Shown: one piece after another, positions 15,092-24,012 of the stretch
Position numbering within the stretch: the first letter of the stretch is position 1
Layout: each line of letters opens with the position of its first letter
Virus record (IMG/VR): IMGVR_UViG_3300044615_001997
Length of the DNA: 64,000 nt
Reading direction: 5' to 3' (one strand)
DNA from: a virus
Position numbers and translations under genes: made by a program
Notes under the pieces: model-generated
What the model was told of the DNA's origin: nothing
The model's input: only the letters and a program-made list of their open reading frames with translations
The model's database searches: none

Positions 15092-17875
15092 TTAACATCC
15101 ATTTGCGTTTGGGAATTGTATCTGTACAATAGGTTGTTGTGATTGTGATTGTACTTGAGCTGTAAATGGTGAGCATGGAAAATTATTCGGTGAAGAGCAG
15201 CAAACAACCATCACAACTTCTTCAACATTTCCATTTGCACAAATTCTTACCCGCTTACAACAAAATCTAAGAGTGATTTGAATAGTTTGATTTAACTCTA
15301 TACCTATATTACCGTTTATTCGTACGTCGTTACAACCTACCTCTAATGAAATACTTCCTGAGAGAGGACTATTAACTGTAACAGATCCTCCTCCAGTTAA
15401 ACACGGTACGTCTACACTAGCAGACAGATCAATATTGCAGTTTGGTCCACCAGTGACAGTAGCATAAGAAGTTGTGCTGGCTTGACCAGTTCCAGTTAAC
15501 TCAAAAGACGCGCCGATAGTTTTACAAAAGTCAGGAATTAAACCAAGGTTTCCGTTAATTGTGACTCCGCAATTTGGGGCATTTGTAGGACTTAACGTGA
15601 TGCTGCCTGTTAAAGGTGAACTAACTATTACCTGTCCTGAAGCTTCAAAAGTTTCACAAATAGGAGGCATCGCAATATTTAAGCCAATGTCTAGTCCGCA
15701 GTTAGGTCTTCCGGTAGAGCCCACCGTTAAGCCTCCACTCATTGGAGACGGTACAACATTGCTTGTTAATCTTGCAGTAAACTCTTCACAAGCATTAACG
15801 TTTAAATTGCCACTTAAGTCGACTCCACACGCATTCGTTCCTCTAGCAGTTAAAGCCACATTGCCAGTTATTTGATTTGTGAGTGTGAGGCTGTTCGAAA
15901 CATCAAAACTTTCACATACGGGACCAATACCTATATTTCCACCGATGGTTACACCACATTGGTTAGCTCCTTGAGCAGTCAGTGTGAGACTTCCATTCAA
16001 CGGAGAGCTGACTGTAAAACTTCCTCCGGCAGTAAAACTTTCACATACAGGGCCTATCCCAATATTTCCTTGCAGTTCTACCCCGCAACCAGGCGTGCTT
16101 CTAGGTACAAGAGTAACAGAGCCGTTCAAAGGTGCGGCTGGGGTAATTTGTCCACCTGCATCAAAGCTTTCACAAACTGCAGGTAACTGTAGTTGTAAAC
16201 TTAATCCAGCCCCACAATCAGGTTTACTATTTGGGGTAAAATTGCCAGTTAAATTTCCAAATGTCGGCCCGCTAACGGTTCCTGTAACTCCCGAGAAAGT
16301 AGCCTGTTCGCAAATCGTGGGGAGAGTGATATCTAGGTCTAGCGTTCCTCCACAGTCAGGTTTACCGTTTGGTTGAAATACACCTAAAAATTGTGCTCCA
16401 GATATGCCAGTTATATTGGGAGTTACATTCATTGTAAACTCTTCGCAAACATCGAGCTGTAAACTTAGATCAAGGTCTACTCCACAATCAGGAATAGACG
16501 TAGGAGTTACAGTAAATATAGACCCTCCCATAGCTGGGGGGAAACTTTGATTGACTGAAGTTGTGAAACTCTCACAAACTTGTAAGTTTAAATCCAGATC
16601 TAAATCTACGCCGCAGTCTGGCCAAGAACGACTTGTAGCTAAGGGAGTTATGGTATGCGCTCCATTTATGCTAGCTGTAAAGGAAGATTCAAAACTTTCG
16701 CAAACTTGCAGGACCAAAGACAGATCCATATCCAATCCGCAATTTGGTGCTGTTTTGCCGGTAGTCGAAAAACTCGAACCCGCCATAGCTGATGGAAAGC
16801 TTCGTGTTGCTGATACGGAGAACTCTTCACAAACAGGTTCCATATTTAACTGCAACGCTAAATCCAACCCGCAGTTTGGTCGATTTTTAGGTACTAGTGC
16901 AATGGAAGATCCTGCCATTATAGGTGGAAAACTTTGCTGTGTTACATTAGCTGTAAACTCTTCGCAAACAGGAATATTTAAATTGAAGTCTAATGATGCT
17001 CCACAATCAGGAGCATTACGGGGGATTACAGTTCCTAAAAATACTCCGGTAGAAATTCCTGTTATTTCGCCAGTGATATTAAAAGTAGCCTCTTCACAAA
17101 CATCTAGATCTAAATTTAAATCCAGATTAATGCCGCAGTCAGGAGAATTGTTTGTTGTGGCAGTGAAAGAAGATCCCACCATAGCCGGATGAAAATTTCG
17201 AGTGAGGTTGGCTGAAAAAGTTTCACAAACATCTAACTGTAAATTTAAATCAAGATCCAGGCCACAGTCAGGAGCACTACTAGCCCTAGCAGAAAAACTA
17301 GAACCTAGCATGCTGGGAGGGAAAGATTGATTGACTGAAGTTGTGAACTGTACACAAGCCTCTAAGTTTAAATCCAGTTCTAAGTCTAGACTACAGTTTG
17401 GAGTACCTTGAGCAGTTGCGCGCAATCCTCCGGAGAGTCCTGACCCTGTGATATTTGATAGGACTCTGGAATTAAACGTTTCACAGGCAATAACATCAAT
17501 TTTACCTGTAATGTCTAAACCACAAATACGAGGGCCTGCAGCTTGTGCTGTAAAAAATCCTGTAGCTGCCCCAGTTTGTTCTACCAGCACAGTAGCTCTA
17601 AAATCTTCACAAGACTCGGGAATAACCGTTGGAGGGTTATAAATAGGAGGAGTTAGAAAGACTTGAGGAAACGCAAATTTACAATTTAAGTCTAGTTCCT
17701 CTAAAGGAGAAAGTGGCGGCGCTTCTCGTTCTATTTCTTCAACAATAGAACATAGGACAGGCTTATCCTCTGGATTAGGATAAGCAGGTTTATACTCTGA
17801 AGTATACTCTAGTTTTCCCGAACTAGCAGATTCTTCACCTAAACTAATTTTATCTGGATCGACTTCTAGGCCCAT
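15092..17875 (-). CDS. 927-aa protein of about 18 tandem Cys-pair beta repeats (putative fibre or appendage)
   Basis: Repeat unit CExF-x24-28-P[DN]CG-x-[DN]L of 42-46 aa. Confidence 0.8.
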   Translation of the reverse strand: MGLEVDPDKISLGEESASSGKLEYTSEYKPAYPNPEDKPVLCSIVEEIEREAPPLSPLEELDLNCKFAFPQVFLTPPIYNPPTVIPESCEDFRATVLVEQTGAATGFFTAQAAGPRICGLDITGKIDVIACETFNSRVLSNITGSGLSGGLRATAQGTPNCSLDLELDLNLEACVQFTTSVNQSFPPSMLGSSFSARASSAPDCGLDLDLNLQLDVCETFSANLTRNFHPAMVGSSFTATTNNSPDCGINLDLNLDLDVCEEATFNITGEITGISTGVFLGTVIPRNAPDCGASLDFNLNIPVCEEFTANVTQQSFPPIMAGSSIALVPKNRPNCGLDLALQLNMEPVCEEFSVSATRSFPSAMAGSSFSTTGKTAPNCGLDMDLSLVLQVCESFESSFTASINGAHTITPLATSRSWPDCGVDLDLDLNLQVCESFTTSVNQSFPPAMGGSIFTVTPTSIPDCGVDLDLSLQLDVCEEFTMNVTPNITGISGAQFLGVFQPNGKPDCGGTLDLDITLPTICEQATFSGVTGTVSGPTFGNLTGNFTPNSKPDCGAGLSLQLQLPAVCESFDAGGQITPAAPLNGSVTLVPRSTPGCGVELQGNIGIGPVCESFTAGGSFTVSSPLNGSLTLTAQGANQCGVTIGGNIGIGPVCESFDVSNSLTLTNQITGNVALTARGTNACGVDLSGNLNVNACEEFTARLTSNVVPSPMSGGLTVGSTGRPNCGLDIGLNIAMPPICETFEASGQVIVSSPLTGSITLSPTNAPNCGVTINGNLGLIPDFCKTIGASFELTGTGQASTTSYATVTGGPNCNIDLSASVDVPCLTGGGSVTVNSPLSGSISLEVGCNDVRINGNIGIELNQTIQITLRFCCKRVRICANGNVEEVVMVVCCSSPNNFPCSPFTAQVQSQSQQPIVQIQFPNANGC

Positions 17876-18228
17876 TAGACAAGCTTATTAAAAAGCCCAT
17901 AGAAAAACAACCCTAAAGGAAGGACTAGTAGATAAGCTGGGGATAGCAGTAAAAAAGGTAAACCTAACCAAAAACCGAAGCAAACTGGACAGGTTGTTAG
18001 TCTCACGACAAAGTAATCGTGATAATATTCTCTTAAAAATTCTGTGTAGGTTCCGCTGTAGCCGTTTTGCACGAGTTCATTATAGTTAGAAATATAAAAA
18101 AATCGTGAAAGTTTAAATAAAGTCAAATATTCTACAAAGGCATTTGTTTTAAACCAAATAACCAGAGCATAGCTAACTAATAGGGAGAACCCTAACACGT
18201 TTATGATAATGTCAGGGTTCCCCCACAT
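17875..18228 (-). CDS. membrane protein with CxxC (DUF1360-like)
   Basis: TM helices, TTCPVCFGFW. Confidence 0.6.
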   Translation of the reverse strand: MWGNPDIIINVLGFSLLVSYALVIWFKTNAFVEYLTLFKLSRFFYISNYNELVQNGYSGTYTEFLREYYHDYFVVRLTTCPVCFGFWLGLPFLLLSPAYLLVLPLGLFFYGLFNKLV

Positions 18229-18240
18229 AGCTTTGGTTAA

Positions 18241-18549
18241 TTAGGCATTGCTGGCGGCTGCCAACTGTTGCCCTTCTAGCTCACCGATTTTATTTTTTAG
18301 TTCGGCCAGCAGATTTTTTTGTGCAGTAATAGCAATTTTACGAGATTGCAATTGTGTCATTCTCTCGTTCAATTGTTGGGCAGAAGTATTCACTTCTACA
18401 ATACCTTCTTCAATGGTTTTCAGCTGGTCTTCGACTTGCGCAAGACCATCATCTACCAAAAGTAGAGATACGTGTTTGTTAACTTCTGTTCCAGTAACTA
18501 CAGGCAGTTCTACTCTGCCTTCAGGTTTTGTTGTTGTGTTTTCACTCAT
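18241..18549 (-). CDS. coiled-coil protein
   Basis: Heptad-rich C-terminal half. Confidence 0.6.
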   Translation of the reverse strand: MSENTTTKPEGRVELPVVTGTEVNKHVSLLLVDDGLAQVEDQLKTIEEGIVEVNTSAQQLNERMTQLQSRKIAITAQKNLLAELKNKIGELEGQQLAAASNA

Positions 18550-18556
18550 AATAGTA

Positions 18557-18703
18557 TTAGTCTTCGTTTATTAGTTCTTTAATTTCGCTGTTAAGTCTTT
18601 TAATTTCATCGTTATAGGCTCGCATTTGATCTTTTTTATTTTTACGAACATCTTCGAGTTCTACAACAAGTTGATAGATTTTAGCTTCTTTACTTTGTTC
18701 CAT
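18557..18703 (-). CDS. small coiled-coil protein (48 aa)
   Basis: MEQSKEAKIYQLVVELEDVRK...; fills operon gap. Confidence 0.5.
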   Translation of the reverse strand: MEQSKEAKIYQLVVELEDVRKNKKDQMRAYNDEIKRLNSEIKELINED

Positions 18704-18721
18704 ATAGATAGTTAGGTCAAA

Positions 18722-18835
18722 TTATTTTTTACAAGTTACTACAGCTTTATTGCATGGCGAAGTACATTTTTTACCTGCGCAGCCTGCCACAGTAATAATA
18801 ATTAAACTTAACATTAGTGTTGTGATTACTTTCAT
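18722..18835 (-). CDS. small Cys-rich lipoprotein (37 aa)
   Basis: MKVITTLMLSLIIITVAG-C lipobox plus three further Cys. Confidence 0.6.
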   Translation of the reverse strand: MKVITTLMLSLIIITVAGCAGKKCTSPCNKAVVTCKK

Positions 18836-18873
18836 AAGAATTCAATTTAGCTATTTTTTAAGCCGAGTCAAAT

Positions 18874-18912
18874 AAAAAAAAGAGAGGCATGAGATTTTTC
18901 TCACACCTCTCT
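18874..18912 (-). terminator. Rho-independent terminator
   Basis: AGAGAGG..GAGA / TCTC..CCTCTCT hairpin with T-run on minus strand. Confidence 0.7.
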
Positions 18913-18932
18913 AAGACTACCACAAACAATCA

Positions 18933-19169
18933 CTATTTATGCGAGTTACTCACAAATTCGTAGAACATCTCGGCGGTATCTAAAATATCCTTTTTAGTGG
19001 GATAAATTTTTTCGATATCTTCGAGTGTCACATTAGTTTTCTGGTCGTTGGCTTTGAGCTGTAATGCAGCAACTTTTTCTTCAAAAAGACTCATACAATA
19101 AGTATGTGCGCTGATAAGTACATCAAGCCTGATTTCATATGCGTTTTTATTCATGTGTGTATTCACCAC
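18933..19169 (-). CDS. conserved small phage protein (AYEIRL type)
   Basis: NAYEIRLDVL...YPT..DIL..A..FYEFV. Confidence 0.65.
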   Translation of the reverse strand: MVNTHMNKNAYEIRLDVLISAHTYCMSLFEEKVAALQLKANDQKTNVTLEDIEKIYPTKKDILDTAEMFYEFVSNSHK

Positions 19170-19190
19170 CTTTCTTTGTCTAGGGACAAA

Positions 19191-19844
19191 TTAATTTATA
19201 AATAACTTGTTATAAAGTTTATCTATTTCGTCTCCACGATAAGCCATTTTGTTGGCTTGTAAAATTTCTTTCCCCCACATCGCCTGCATTTGACTGTCAG
19301 AGATTCCCAACTCTTTTAAAAGTCCGTAAAGTCGAATTTGTGTGTTTTGAATCATCATTATGAAAAGCTGTTTGTCGGGTAAAAACAATATACGTGCAGC
19401 GACTCCTGTTTTAGGAGCCGGATTTATATGCGCTTCGGCTTCACCGCTTTGACGAATTCTGCTGTATATTCCTGGAAGTAGCCGCTGTTGATGAATAGGT
19501 TCATATTCACTCCCGTTATAAATAACGGTATTTCGCTCGGTAACGACAGGTAGATTAGCGATTGTTAAATTTTTTGATTCGAGTACTTTTCCTGACTTTT
19601 TATCCAGCAGCTCAACTGTTCCCTTTACAGGAATAGTAATGTCTTTCTTTTCTAAAACTGCCTGTTTTTGATCTTGAATAGTGAATTGCTTAGGAACAAC
19701 CTCTATTTTTTTAACTTCAATTTTATGGTCGTTTGTTTCAATCTCATTTAACTTTTTCTTAAAAGCTTCTACAGCATAATTTTGAATGAGCTTGTTTAAT
19801 GCCGGAGGATCAAAAAAATCGCGAGTATTTTCAGGAGGTTTCAT
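19191..19844 (-). CDS. rpoB: RNA polymerase beta subunit, N-terminal fragment
   Basis: IANLPVVTERNTVIYNGSEYEPIHQQRLLPGIY aligns to RpoB [33 protein letters not shown]. Confidence 0.85.
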   Translation of the reverse strand: MKPPENTRDFFDPPALNKLIQNYAVEAFKKKLNEIETNDHKIEVKKIEVVPKQFTIQDQKQAVLEKKDITIPVKGTVELLDKKSGKVLESKNLTIANLPVVTERNTVIYNGSEYEPIHQQRLLPGIYSRIRQSGEAEAHINPAPKTGVAARILFLPDKQLFIMMIQNTQIRLYGLLKELGISDSQMQAMWGKEILQANKMAYRGDEIDKLYNKLFIN

Positions 19845-20043
19845 CTTTCAACTTTTTTTTAACTGCTTTTGTTACAGCTATCCAAGTGTTGTGATAGTCT
19901 TCTTCGCTTTCAAAGTCTTCTTGAGATAACTCTAATTCAAAAGTTTTACCTGGGTACAGAACTCTGTCGTTCTCTCCACCAATTTCTTCGATATATGTCC
20001 CTTTTACTTTAAGGGAAGGAATGTAAATTTGTTTAAGTCCCAT
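19831..20043 (-). CDS. hypothetical protein
   Basis: Probable ATG 20043; coupled to both neighbours. Confidence 0.55.
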   Translation of the reverse strand: MGLKQIYIPSLKVKGTYIEEIGGENDRVLYPGKTFELELSQEDFESEEDYHNTWIAVTKAVKKKLKDETS

Positions 20044-20686
20044 AACCAGTTTTGTTTGTGAGTAGAGATTCAAGATACGCTCTTGATTGTGGGTCTGCAA
20101 GTATTTTTTCCATCTCGGGATACTTAGTGGTTAATTCTAACTGTTCTTTGTGCGGTGCATTTACAATGGGGGAAGTTTCAGGATTCTTCTTATCGGTATG
20201 CACAGTATCAATCATGTCGTTTGCTGTTCTAGCAGTTAAAACCGTTCTTAGTAAATTCAAGTCTAGTAAGCCTCCGGTTTTTACTCCTTTAGTAGCCATT
20301 CCTGCAAAACTCTGCACACTTCCTGGTTGAATACCTAGTGGATTACTATTGCCGCCTAAATTTATATTTATGTTGGGTGAGGCACCAGCGCCTGCTGCAC
20401 CTTTACCTCCGCCACCAAACATGCCTAATAAGGGTAAAGCCGAGGTAGCTACACTTCCCAAATCATCCATTAAACCGCCACCAGTAACGTAATTTAACCC
20501 TTTATTAACTTGATTGTATTGTTTGAGTCCTGGCAAATTACCTGCCCAATTTTTACCTGATTCCCAAGCTCGTCCGGCAGCTCGCCCAGCTCGCCCTAAG
20601 GTGCTGTCATATAATCCACCTAGAAAAGCATCTTTTTCAAGACCTTCATCAAATCCACGCTCAAGTTCCTGTAAGTCTAATTTCAT
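20033..20686 (-). CDS. Gly-rich putative internal virion protein
   Basis: RGFDEGLEKDA N-terminus, Gly-rich hydrophobic helix. Confidence 0.6.
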   Translation of the reverse strand: MKLDLQELERGFDEGLEKDAFLGGLYDSTLGRAGRAAGRAWESGKNWAGNLPGLKQYNQVNKGLNYVTGGGLMDDLGSVATSALPLLGMFGGGGKGAAGAGASPNININLGGNSNPLGIQPGSVQSFAGMATKGVKTGGLLDLNLLRTVLTARTANDMIDTVHTDKKNPETSPIVNAPHKEQLELTTKYPEMEKILADPQSRAYLESLLTNKTGYGT

Positions 20687-21414
20687 TTGAGGTAATAGGG
20701 TTCTAACTCTACACGAGTAGGTAATTCAGATTCCATAAAACTATCTTGGTCTTTCTCGCGCATTTTCTTTTTCAAGATGTAGGCAAGATAACCTGTTCCG
20801 CCTGCGGTACCAAGAAGACCTGTGGCACCTAGATCGATGGCAGGTTGCACTGGCTTGGCGGCGACACCTAAAGTTTTTTTAATGAGTCTTTTTATGCTGC
20901 CGTCACCAATCTCTACGTTTTCTGCAGTAGCACTGGTTTTAGCTAATTCAGGAATTAATAATTCTGTAGCCATACCGTTGCAGAAAGCGTCTACCATAGG
21001 TGTTTCTTCACCTTGTTTAATTTTTTGCAAAGTAGCTAGATAATTTTCCTGTGCGAGTCTTAGTGCTTTGTGAATTTCTTGTTTCTCCATCTCATAGTAT
21101 TCGCGACGTGCTTCACTGAATCCAGCTTCACCACCAACAAGTGTGCGAATAGGATTACGATTGAACCGTAGTGCGCGCCCAATAATGCCTGGTGGTTTTC
21201 CCTCTAAATCATCTGCCTGCTTCTCCTCACTCATCTTTTGGATAGGGAGAGGAATTTTTAAAACCTCGTTAGCTTTGTGCTGTTCCACCTCTTTCATCCT
21301 ATCCATCTCCTTAGTGAGTTGAATAGCGCTGAATAAGCTTTTACCTAGCAACTTGGAGGCCAGGTAAGCTTCTTCAGGTGAGAGAGGAGTTGGAGTATTA
21401 GCTAGGTTGTTCAT
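20683..21414 (-). CDS. putative internal virion protein with glycine-zipper helix
   Basis: EEKQA, LAKTS, LGATGLLGTAGGTGYLAY. Confidence 0.6.
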   Translation of the reverse strand: MNNLANTPTPLSPEEAYLASKLLGKSLFSAIQLTKEMDRMKEVEQHKANEVLKIPLPIQKMSEEKQADDLEGKPPGIIGRALRFNRNPIRTLVGGEAGFSEARREYYEMEKQEIHKALRLAQENYLATLQKIKQGEETPMVDAFCNGMATELLIPELAKTSATAENVEIGDGSIKRLIKKTLGVAAKPVQPAIDLGATGLLGTAGGTGYLAYILKKKMREKDQDSFMESELPTRVELEPYYLK

Positions 21415-21772
21415 TTTTGTCTTTCTTCTTTCCGTAAATTATAAAAATACAATAGTTGCCTTGAGCGGTCCAGTTGTCCTTGTAATAGGAAATAATATAT
21501 TGTGGATCATTCAGCAATTTATTCAGTAGTTCTCTGTCTTTATCTTTTTCAGGAGCTAAAGTGATGTTGTTGAAATTATAGTCGGCCATGTTGACACGTG
21601 GCTTTTTAATAATCCCTTTGGCTTGTTCAAATGCAGTGATTTCACGCTCGGTATCCAGAAGGTCGTTCTTGATTTCCCTCTGAACATTGCGCTTGGGTTT
21701 GGATAGGTCTTCTCCCATCCCACCGAACATATAGTGTGGGGTTTCGAAATTTTTTTCTTTAGTTGATGCCAT
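21398..21772 (-). CDS. hypothetical protein
   Basis: Coupled ORF in putative virion operon. Confidence 0.6.
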   Translation of the reverse strand: MASTKEKNFETPHYMFGGMGEDLSKPKRNVQREIKNDLLDTEREITAFEQAKGIIKKPRVNMADYNFNNITLAPEKDKDRELLNKLLNDPQYIISYYKDNWTAQGNYCIFIIYGKKKDKNEQPS

Positions 21773-22130
21773 ATTCTTTCCTGATGTTTTCTGTTAATTT
21801 TTTTACCATGTGTACTTTTTCACGCTCACGATCAAGAGCTCGATTCAAATCTACCACAGAGCTTTCTAGTTCGTCAAATGTGAGACCTGCGGCGGCTCCG
21901 CCAGCAGCACTGGCGTTGAGCGCCCAACCAGGAAGACTTGTAACCGCACCAGCAAGGGGTTTTGCCACAAAGTCTTGAACTAGGCTCAATTCTCCTGCGA
22001 CTTTTAGAACTCCCTCGCCGGTATTTAAATTTTTCAAACCCATCTCTAAATCTGAAAGTGTGCTGCCGTGCTTGGCTAATTCAAGCGCAAGCTCGTTTTT
22101 AATCATTTGTGCATATTTTGAAAGTTTCAT
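21759..22130 (-). CDS. putative internal virion protein
   Basis: ATG 22130 (ATGA overlap); SKYA, LKVA, AAGGAAAG helix. Confidence 0.6.
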   Translation of the reverse strand: MKLSKYAQMIKNELALELAKHGSTLSDLEMGLKNLNTGEGVLKVAGELSLVQDFVAKPLAGAVTSLPGWALNASAAGGAAAGLTFDELESSVVDLNRALDREREKVHMVKKLTENIRKEYGIN

Positions 22131-22498
22131 AGAAGTACCTTGTTTCTTGCTGTGGCTGAATCCCATTGAGTAAATTTTCCTGGCTGAGTCAAGCTATTCA
22201 TTATTATATTTCCTAACCCAAAGCCTGCCAAGCTCATAAGTGTTTGAGCTGTTCCGCTCATCTCCCTATATTTAGCCACTGCTAAACCTATGGCTCCACC
22301 GGCAACTCCAGCAAACAACTGTTCGGCTACATTAGGTGAGTTTAGAATAGCGAATAGGTTTTGTTTCTTTTCTTGTGAGAGTCCAAAGTCGCCCTGTATG
22401 GCTTTTTTTAAATCTTCGGGTGTGAGGTGAGGTCCAGGACCTATCAACCCCTGAAAGTCTTGCGGAAGGTTCATACCTATAGTGGTGATGGGATTCAT
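22127..22498 (-). CDS. glycine-zipper membrane-type protein
   Basis: AGVAGGAIGLAV and LAGFGLG helices. Confidence 0.6.
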   Translation of the reverse strand: MNPITTIGMNLPQDFQGLIGPGPHLTPEDLKKAIQGDFGLSQEKKQNLFAILNSPNVAEQLFAGVAGGAIGLAVAKYREMSGTAQTLMSLAGFGLGNIIMNSLTQPGKFTQWDSATARNKVLL

Positions 22499-22499
22499 A

Positions 22500-24011
22500 T
22501 CAAGTTAATTTGTTCCCTAATGCAGCCAAAGTTAATCCTCCCAGAGCAGGTAGAGCAATTTCGCGATTGAATCGTTTTCCTGGGGTTTCATCCATGTTTT
22601 CCCTATGCTTCTCACTCACGGCTTCACGCAACTTGTTTAACCCAATCCCGCCACCAACCGCCACTGCAGTTGTGAGTCCGGGATTCTCGCCAGCTCTCCT
22701 TAAACCTCCCGATATGAGATTTTTCAAGCCGTCTACTCCACCGTTAATAAATCTGGCGGCTTCTGATGGACCACTAAAAAAGCCATCAAAATTAGAACGT
22801 TTGTAGAGGGCTTCTTCGGGCGAGCCACCTACCCCATAATTATGGAAAAATTGTGAAGTTCCTAGAGGATTTTTAATAGCCATGTCGGCTCCAGATCTTA
22901 AATTTCTACCTAAGTTAAAATCTCGGGATAATGGCGATCTTAACCCTCCAGCGGCTATGGGACTTTGAAATCCGTGTTCCCACTGATTATACTTTTGTGG
23001 GATGACTTGCTGCATTTTACTGGTGATTCCCTGGGCTGCGGCATTTACCTTATCTCTTCCGCCTAGGGCAAAATTGTTGGCTTTGTCCTGTATGTTCAAA
23101 GCTGTAGGGCTCTGGGCAATTTGCCCGACTCTATTCCCTGCTGTTTCTGCCAGATTTGAAATTGTTTTGCCTGTTTGCCCCATCCTACTTACCCCTTTGG
23201 TGCCTAGACGTGTTAATGCTCCTAGCCCCTTACCTCCGAGGCTCAGGGCACCACGAGCCACACTACCAGCACCAGGGATAAAGCTCAATGCTCCCATACC
23301 TGCAGACCCCAAGGCCGAGAGGAATCGTCCGTTCATAAGGTGTTTACCTGTGTCATGTAGCCCTGTGGCCACACCAGTAAATGGATTGCTGTAGAGTGCC
23401 ATGTCGGTGGCTAGACCTCTTGCCGCAGGATCCGCTACACTCGACAAGCCTTTTCCAAAAAGAAACTCACCCACTCCAGCAGTTTTGACTTGGTCAGTTC
23501 CTCCCTGCATCAAAGCCTCTAAATTTACTTTAGGTGTAGACACATGCTCAGGTCCCTTCTGGTCGCCATGACTACGGAGTTGCTGCAGTCTGGCTATCAT
23601 CTTCTTTGATGGGATGTACTTCCAATTTTTACCCTCCTCATGCTCGAGTCTGAATGTGGGATTCTTGCGCCCATCAGCCAGTGTGAGGTAGATGGAGTCA
23701 GGACTGGCACGATGCACTTGTGCAGTTCCGCCACCCACCCTCTCATTCTCAAAGTCTAGTATAGGAATATCATCGAGTTTAGCTACACGGGCTGTTTCAT
23801 CACCTAATTGACCCATACCAAAGCTGTAAACACGATCACCATCAGAGAGTCTCAAACTTTCAGGAGTTTGAACATATTTCCAATTTCTCTGACCCTGAAA
23901 CGATGGGAGAATGTTTTCATTCGCCATGGCTTCTAGAATGCTGGTGCTCCCACGTTTCTCCTTGAGATAGTCGTGGGCTCCCAGAGCAAAAGCTTCGATA
24001 TCTAGATTCAT
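22500..24011 (-). CDS. large Gly-rich putative internal virion or ejection protein
   Basis: Probable ATG 24011; VKTAG, ALGSAGMGALSFIPGAG, C-terminal glycine zippers. Confidence 0.65.
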   Translation of the reverse strand: MNLDIEAFALGAHDYLKEKRGSTSILEAMANENILPSFQGQRNWKYVQTPESLRLSDGDRVYSFGMGQLGDETARVAKLDDIPILDFENERVGGGTAQVHRASPDSIYLTLADGRKNPTFRLEHEEGKNWKYIPSKKMIARLQQLRSHGDQKGPEHVSTPKVNLEALMQGGTDQVKTAGVGEFLFGKGLSSVADPAARGLATDMALYSNPFTGVATGLHDTGKHLMNGRFLSALGSAGMGALSFIPGAGSVARGALSLGGKGLGALTRLGTKGVSRMGQTGKTISNLAETAGNRVGQIAQSPTALNIQDKANNFALGGRDKVNAAAQGITSKMQQVIPQKYNQWEHGFQSPIAAGGLRSPLSRDFNLGRNLRSGADMAIKNPLGTSQFFHNYGVGGSPEEALYKRSNFDGFFSGPSEAARFINGGVDGLKNLISGGLRRAGENPGLTTAVAVGGGIGLNKLREAVSEKHRENMDETPGKRFNREIALPALGGLTLAALGNKLT

Positions 24012-24012
24012 A

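Noticed and set aside
16547-17347. Diversity-generating retroelement template/variable repeat pair (21-bp identity)
   Set aside because: Both copies are in-frame units of one repeat protein, and no reverse transcriptase is present in the window
15561-17642. Several plus-strand ORFs of 64-213 aa
   Set aside because: Antisense shadows of the Cys-repeat gene; the same applies to shadows over the Gly-rich genes at 20-25 kb and the RNAP and sheath genes
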